A stretch of 62,975 bases of DNA, counting the filler, from Folioceros fuciformis (Eukaryota): assembly GCA_049999805.1 (NCBI GenBank). It is 8 parts of 8 records of this genome, joined end to end, with 100 filler letters (N's around TTAATTAATTAA, not from the genome) between each part and the next. Parts side by side here need not be neighbours in the genome. Positions count along the whole stretch, not along the records: positions 56,598 to 60,520 come from JBNGIO010001250.1; positions 60,621 to 62,975 come from JBNGIO010001260.1; 6 more parts are not named here. One strand, given 5' to 3'. The notes under the pieces were generated by a model. That model was not told the DNA's origin. It did no database searches and was given only the letters and a program-made list of their open reading frames with translations. Shown piece by piece: positions 56,598 through 62,975 of the stretch (its first letter is position 1; each line of letters begins with the position of its first letter). Position numbers and translations under genes: made by a program.

Positions 56598-57766
56598 AAT
56601 GAACCACGACCTCTGTGGCCTCTCCCACGCTGGTTAGAAAACAAAATAGTGTCTCTCCCTTGAGATATACCTAAACCTGTGTTCAGACCAAGCTTAACTT
56701 CCTCATGCAGCAACAAAGCAACCAATTCATCCCAACTGGGGAACTCAACTCTCACAGAGATTGATGTGTCAAAGGACTTGTACTCCTTGCCAAGTCCGTT
56801 CAGAGTAACTGCAACCATGCCATCTTCCGTCACACTTGCACTGATTGTAGCAAGCTGATCAACTATGGTCTTCACCTCTGTTGTATACACGAGTATGGAT
56901 CTGCTACCTCGTGACAAGTTGTTGAACTGCTGCTTCAACTGGATTTTCCTAGCATGTGTGACATTTCCATAATTCCTCATGAGTATGTCCCATGCATCCT
57001 TCGGAGACTCACATCCCGTGATCTGTATGACCATAGCATCTGAAATGCTTAAGGAGAGCCAGCGTAACACTTTACATGCTCTCTCAGTCCAATGCTTGTG
57101 AGCAGTCTTTTGCTCCTGTGATGGAGTACGATCCATCTCTGGTTCACTCTCATCACCTATGCAGAGGTCGCAATAGCCTCTACCTACCAAGAAGTTCTTC
57201 ATCCTGAACTTCCACAAAGCAAAATTCTTGTTATCCAACTTCTCTCCCACAACTTGAGAGATATTGTCTAATCCCTGCACATTAGCCATGATTCAGGCTC
57301 CTTTACGCTCCTCCTGAGTCTCTCTCCCTCTTGTGCCTCGCGCGCGCTCTTGCGCCTGTAGCGCTTATTGCGGCTTCCTACGCTGCCTACGCCATTGCGC
57401 CTCTCAATGGCTTGCATTGCCAGCCACCTTCACGCTCACGGCCATAGCCTCAAACCCCCGCCATAGCCACCGGTGGCACCGGCACTCTCTCTGGCTCTGA
57501 TACCATGTTGAAATAGCACCACAAGCCTAGAAGGACTCCACTGTTCCTTACTTATGGTGCACAGGATGCTACATATTTAGCCTTCAGGCGGGGCAACCCT
57601 CGATAAGGTAAGCCTTAGTCTCGAGGGTGCAATATCCTAGTATATCCTAATATATCCTGATAACACTTAGGTGATAGATAACTACAAGTTCAATATGGGA
57701 TAATCTACACTATCCTAAGTGTTGTATGCTCTTAATAACAATTCAGTTAGAGCTTGATTTCTAACA
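56598..57766 (-). mobile_element. Ty1/copia 5' end: LTR, PBS and gag
   Basis: LTR 57766-57506 (TGTTAGAAAT...ATTTCAACA); tRNA-iMet PBS TGGTATCAGAGC at 57505-57494; open gag ORF from about 57289 (KLDNKNFALWKFRMKNFL...TLNGLGKEY). Confidence 0.93.
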
Positions 57767-59473
57767 GGCCCCACGGTCAACATGGTGTCCATGGTGGACC
57801 ACGGATCGGCTGAATTGCAGGTGGAGATCGTAGGCTGCGTGATTAAGAGGTTGCCGCTGGATACAGGTTCAGGGGTGAATATTATGATGGAGGATACAGC
57901 CAAGAAACTTGGATTGGAGATCGAGCACACGACCAAGGTCTTGAGGTTGGTCGATATGTCTAGAATGCAGCCGGTGGGAGAACTGAGAGGGGTGACCACG
58001 ACCATAGGGACCATCCCCTATCTTCTGGATTTTGTGGTCATTTAGCACAAGGCGCCGGGCTACGACATCTTGCTGGGCAGGACGTGGCTGTATGGATCGA
58101 GGTGCAGGCTATCGTGGGGAAGGAAGGAGGTGGCTTTCAAACCACCCGAATGGGACCCCACGACCAAGGAGGGTAGGATTTGTTTGACCTAGAGCCGGGA
58201 TGTCTACCTTGGTGAGACCCCAACGGACACTGAAGGGTACACGTTCGTGGGGGGCACAACTGATGTGGAAGGGGAGGAGGGGGAGGATAAATTCCCCTTT
58301 TCTCACATCTCATGGACAGATGAAGAGGAGGACTACCGGAGGAATATCCCTTATACCCTGAACCGGGTGGAGTGTTTTGGGATCACCCTGGACTGCAACA
58401 TGGCGGGGGCTGAAACAACAAATGTGGAAGGGGAAGTTGTTGAAGTTGCTGACCAAAAAAAAAACCTCCCTTGCCAAGGGAGGTGTGAAGGAAGGTGAGA
58501 TGAGGGAAGGGGGCTGTGATCCAAGGGCTGAAGGGCTTGCTGGAGATGAGCCGGGGATCACGAAATTTACCTCTGAAGACCTTTTCAGGGAATGGGGAAT
58601 GAGGGAGGAGGACCCCCGGGAGCCGGAAGAAGGTTTTGGGGTCAGCTCAGCACCCGTGGAGCGTGAATGGGTGCAGGCTGATGAAATCAGGGACGTGGAG
58701 GTGCTGCCGGGCAAGGTGCTGAAGTTTGCCAAACAACTGGATGCCAAATTGGAGGAGGGGATGAAGCAACTCCTAGCAGAGTTCATTGATGTGTTTGCGT
58801 TTGAGGTGACGGACATGAAAGGAATTCCTAAGGAATGGGGGGAGCATAAGATTGACCTGGAGCCAGGAGCTATCCCCATCCGAATTCCTCAATACAAGCT
58901 GAATCCCAAGTACTCCATGAAGGTAAAGGAGCAACTGGAGCAGTACTTGAAGGCAAATGTGATTTTTCCCATTGTGAACTCAGATTGGGCGGCTCCAATC
59001 GTGGTGGTGCCCAAGAAACAGCCGGAAAAGATCCGGGTGTGCCAGGACTGGAGAAGGCTAAACAAAGCCACCAAGAAGGACCATTTTCCCTTGCCATTCA
59101 TTAACAACATTCTGGATTTGGTGGCTAGCCGCATGATCTACTCCTTTTTGGATGGCTATTCCGGTTACAATCAGCTGTCCCTAAGGGAGAGTGACTGGCC
59201 ATTGGCAGCCTTCACAAATGATTGGGGGACATTTGCCTACAAGAGGAGTGCTTTTGGCCTGACAGGAGCACCGGGGTCCTTCATGCGCAGCATGTACAAG
59301 ATCTTCAAGGATTTCCTCCACAAGTTTATGGAGGGGTTCATAGACGATTTTTGTGTGTCTGGAGGAGTGGAGCAGCATTTGGAGCACCTAAGGCTGTGCT
59401 TGGCCAGGTTCCGGGAGACGCAGCTTTGTTTGCATCCGAAGAAATGCTATTTTGGCATGGCTGAAGGGATCTT
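57767..59473 (+). mobile_element. Ty3/gypsy pol remnant (protease and RT)
   Basis: LDTGSGVNIM; WAAPIVVVPKK, RVCQDWRRLNKATKKDHFPLP, FLDGYSGYNQ, FIDDF; stops and frameshifts between protease and RT. Confidence 0.93.
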
Positions 59474-60520
59474 TGTGAAAATTTGTGCAAAAACGATTGT
59501 TGCCAAATGTGGAGGCGAAAGCCGGGGCATTGATTGCCAACGGGTTCCACCTTTAGTGGCCACACTTATCCCACTGTCGTTGAGACATTGGGTTTCGTTC
59601 CCACGAAGGAGCGATGGGGTTCCTTGCTGCTGTGGATGGAGGGTCGGACTTGATCGACTCGATGATGGATTCGAGGGCTCCCCTCCAGCTCCGATCAGGC
59701 GTAGGACAGGCCTCGCTGTCCGGCGGTCAGCTGCACCTCTCTCGGTGCCCACAAACTCACTCCAGTCACTACAACGACTCTAACCTCTTAGATCTGCGAC
59801 TTCCCTCACACACTTCACTCACTCTCTCACTCCAGCACCAACACCAGCAACTACCAGGGACCAGCAACGACACCACTACCTTCTACACTTCCCTGCTGAC
59901 TCCTCCTACCCGGCAAGAGTCACTAGACTAACCTCAAAGAAAAGAAAGAAGGGAACACACTCCCCTCTTGGATATCTCCCCCCTACAACCTTACCAAACG
60001 CCATGAAACATGGCCGGCCTACAACACTTGTCCAAGCAAGGAACAAGAGTGAACAGGTCGAGAGAAAGACACATCCTTTACAGTCAAGAGCTAGGGGCAA
60101 GCCCCTTCACCCTGGTCATTACACCTTGTGATCCTACCAGACACTATACAACCGGCAACACGCTGCCCGCGATCCTACCAGACACTGTTCAGCCGGCAAC
60201 ACGCTGCCTGCGATCCTACCAGACAGTGTACAGCCGGCAACACGCGGCTTGCGATCCTACCAGACGTTGCACAGCCGGCAACACATTGCAGGTCCTAGAC
60301 CAAGCAAGGACAGACCACAAGAGCTCATGAAGAGAGGACCTCCAAGAGCTCACGAAGAGATAGACTGACTCCCAAAGTGAATGACTCCCTCCTCCTATAG
60401 GCTCACCTGATCTTACAGGAGCCTCTCTCTCTCTCTGACTTCACCTCTCTCTAACTTGAGAAATATTATTTTAATAGCCTAGCCGGCTGTCACCAGCCAC
60501 TTATTTAGACTTCTAGCACA
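59474..60520. mobile_element. Putative LTR of about 1.05 kb interrupting the gypsy RT
   Basis: RT homology stops abruptly at TGTGAAA (59474), and the segment ends in CACA exactly at the linker (TG...CA termini). Confidence 0.55.
60128..60292. repeat. 41-bp tandem repeat, four copies
   Basis: gatcctaccagac starts at 60130, 60171, 60212 and 60253. Confidence 0.92.
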
Positions 60521-61371
60521 NNNNNNNNNNNNNNNNNNNNNNNNNNNNNNNNNNNNNNNNNNNNTTAATTAATTAANNNNNNNNNNNNNNNNNNNNNNNN
60601 NNNNNNNNNNNNNNNNNNNNGAAAGGAAGAAAGGAAGAAAGGAGAAGGAAGAGAGGAGAAGAGAAGGAGAGAAGGAAGAAAAGGGAAAATGGGAAGGAAA
60701 AAAAAGGGGGTAAAGAATGGTAATGATTTTGTGAAGTAGAAAGGCGGAGAAGAACCCTTTTTATGGAAGGAATCTTGAAACATCAATCCCATGGTAACAT
60801 CCCATATGCCGGTGCATCCCATGGTAACAGGAAACCGGAATGAGTGGCGGGGTCCACGTATGAAGGCACGCTCGGGCTCGGCAACAAGTCTGGAATACCT
60901 GAATAGACTGGAGCACACCGTCTTATAACTTGTGTCCTAACACCTAAAAAGGGTAACGAAATATGTATGTACACTGGCCTTCTTTCCCTCGTGCGATTCC
61001 TAGCTAAACAGAGCGAGCCGCAAAATTGCATGTGCTTCGGCTGCTACCTCATCTATGAAGCGTCCGTCTCCCCCACCCACTCTTCACCCATGTGGCCTGA
61101 TCTTCCCAGTCCACTATAATACAGGCATGTGTGCTGCAGGGCTGCTGTGCCTGGCATCTCATGCAACAAAAGGCTGACAGAACAACATTCCTAGTCTACC
61201 CACGTACTCTGAACTACTTCTGGCCGCCGCATTTCCCCCTGAGCAAACCTCTTGATCAGGCTGGTCCTCACCCTGCTCCAAAACTCGTGCAACGGGGTGT
61301 TGCCTCTGGCTGACAACGAAAAATTTCACCACTTGTACATACTCTTGCTCTGCCCGTCACCACCTTCAGTG

Positions 61372-62783
61372 TCATAGAGTATGCTGTGCCACCGCTTGGC
61401 ACAACTCCTCTTCATTGAACAGGACACGATGGGAGGCCGCTGCTCGGAAACATGGACGGGGCAGCCCAGGGGGACGATTCTGGGGAGTTGTGGCAGGCCC
61501 TTGGAAAAAAAAACCCACAATCTGCCGCATCTCAGCCAAAGGTATCCGGGCTTGAGGGGGCTTGGGAGCATGCCTTGGAGCCTGAGGGGTGGCTGGCCGC
61601 ACGAAACCGCCACCAAATGTCTCGGATGGCCTGTACAACCATGACCTCATAATGAGTCGGTGTGCCCCCTTACGCTCAAGTTCACATGCATCAAACCAAC
61701 CATCGAGAAAGGCTTCCTCACCCATGGAAAGGATACCGCTGGTGACGCTTCGGGGTTGACAGTGCAAGCGCGTCCTGCCGATCACGGTCTGGCGTCGTGA
61801 AGTTGAAGTAGCTCTGCCTTGCAATGACGACCTGTCGAAAGTAATAACTGACTCAGTTGTGATACAAGACCAACAGACAAGAGCCATCACACATGCTGAA
61901 GCCGCAACATATGTCGAATCACTGAACTCCGAACAAGGTTGAACAAAGCTCACAAAACAAGGCAGACGCCGCAGATGAAATGAACGCTCTCAACTCAGGG
62001 CAAGGCAGAGCACGGCTGACAAACCAAGGGAACAAAAGCTTACCGCTTGTCTAAGCCGCCTGCAGACATGAAACGCTGGCCGAAGCTGATCGTGGTGCAA
62101 ACTGCAGACTATGCGCACCTGTGACACGATGTTGCCTTAAGATGTCAGCAGTTTAACAGAGTACCAGTACTTCCATCAAATGCGAAAGGTATGCTGCACA
62201 CACCGCATCTTCTAAATGCCTACACTCAGGCGTCATTGACAACCAGCTTTGAGCTCTACTGCCATAAGACACTGAGCAGACATGAGAATAACCAAAGGGG
62301 AAGACCTCTTACCAGCAACTCCACCGGAAGTGACTCCAAGTACGACTCCGAATGGGGTTCCACAGCAGTTTCCGCCAAAGCCACTCTACTGTCACCAACC
62401 GAGATCCTGCTGTCCAGCGGCGAGATACGAACCAAGGAGATCTGCGCAGCCGGAGTTAAAGGCGTTTTCGGGGCAAGAAGCTTCTTCCTCTGAGGACATG
62501 CTGGACCGGATTCCCTCATCGGTGTGCCAATTAGATTTGCAGACGAGAGAGGAAGCTGAATGCCATCACTGCTCCCTGTGAGCGTTGTCATCTGTCCCGG
62601 AACCGCAGGTTCGCCATCGATCCCAATTACACGCTTCCGTCCAATGGTAGTGCATGTACGAGCTTTCCTCTGTGCGATCTGAGCTAGTTCTCCAGGTTTC
62701 AAATGACGGCGGGACTTCTTAACACTCTTCCTCAATGTTTGACCTCTCTTCACCTCTTGAACATTCTTGGGGGCCGCCTTCAT
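61372..62783 (-). CDS. F-box protein, At4g35930/FBS-like; start may lie further upstream
   Basis: LESLPVELL|VRIVCSLHHDQLRPAFHVCRRLRQA|VVIARQSYFNFTTPDR...PQAPRHAPKPP...AEMRQI...HRVLFNEEELCQAVAQHTL*. Confidence 0.9.
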
Positions 62784-62975
62784 GTTCCGATACCTCCGGT
62801 GTGTCCTGGTAGAGCGATCCACACTGCAAACCTCCTCATCGGTAGCGGAAACAGCCGCGCAGGAACGCATCCTGACTACACCACCTCCTAAAATAAAATG
62901 ACCAGAAGAAACTGAAAAATCTACAGACACTCCATCCTCCCACCAGCACTGATGCCGACGACGCCTGTCCCACAC

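Noticed and set aside
59474-59783. C-terminal part of the 468-aa gypsy ORF as a novel domain
   Set aside because: It is read-through into the inserted LTR-like sequence after RT homology ends.
60128-60292. CRISPR-like array
   Set aside because: The variable parts are short and related to each other, there are no unique spacers or cas genes, and the context is a eukaryotic retroelement.

Overview
Eukaryotic nuclear DNA from a compact, intron-rich plant genome. Introns of about 80-150 nt, roughly 50% GC genes, a PLS-type PPR relic and a nuclear HslV suggest a bryophyte such as a hornwort; this is inference. The window is eight segments joined by seven identical 100-nt linkers (N44-TTAATTAATTAA-N44), so adjacency across linkers is unproven. 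I reconstructed exons by hand for: a partial secreted Pro-rich protein, G-protein beta, a DUF676 hydrolase, a DinF/FRD3-clade MATE transporter, RPN8, mitochondrial-type HslV, an uncharacterised protein rich in SUMO motifs, a GT90/CAP10 glycosyltransferase, a COBRA-like protein, a PPR pseudogene, beta'-COP (partial), a HEAT-repeat protein (partial), DGD1 (partial), HOP/STI1 (partial), a long JMJ13/JMJ706-like demethylase and an At4g35930-like F-box gene. A block of LINE, copia, gypsy and LTR remnants lies at about 51-60.5 kb. Highlights: (1) two tandem homologous exons in the MATE gene that can only be spliced mutually exclusively and swap TM1 between a DTX45-like and a DTX44/FRD3-like version; (2) HslV head-to-head with the 26S lid subunit RPN8 across 284 bp; (3) a 5-nt microexon needed to keep HslV in frame; (4) two U12-type introns and one GC-AG intron. 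No database searches were run; family calls are from recalled motifs.
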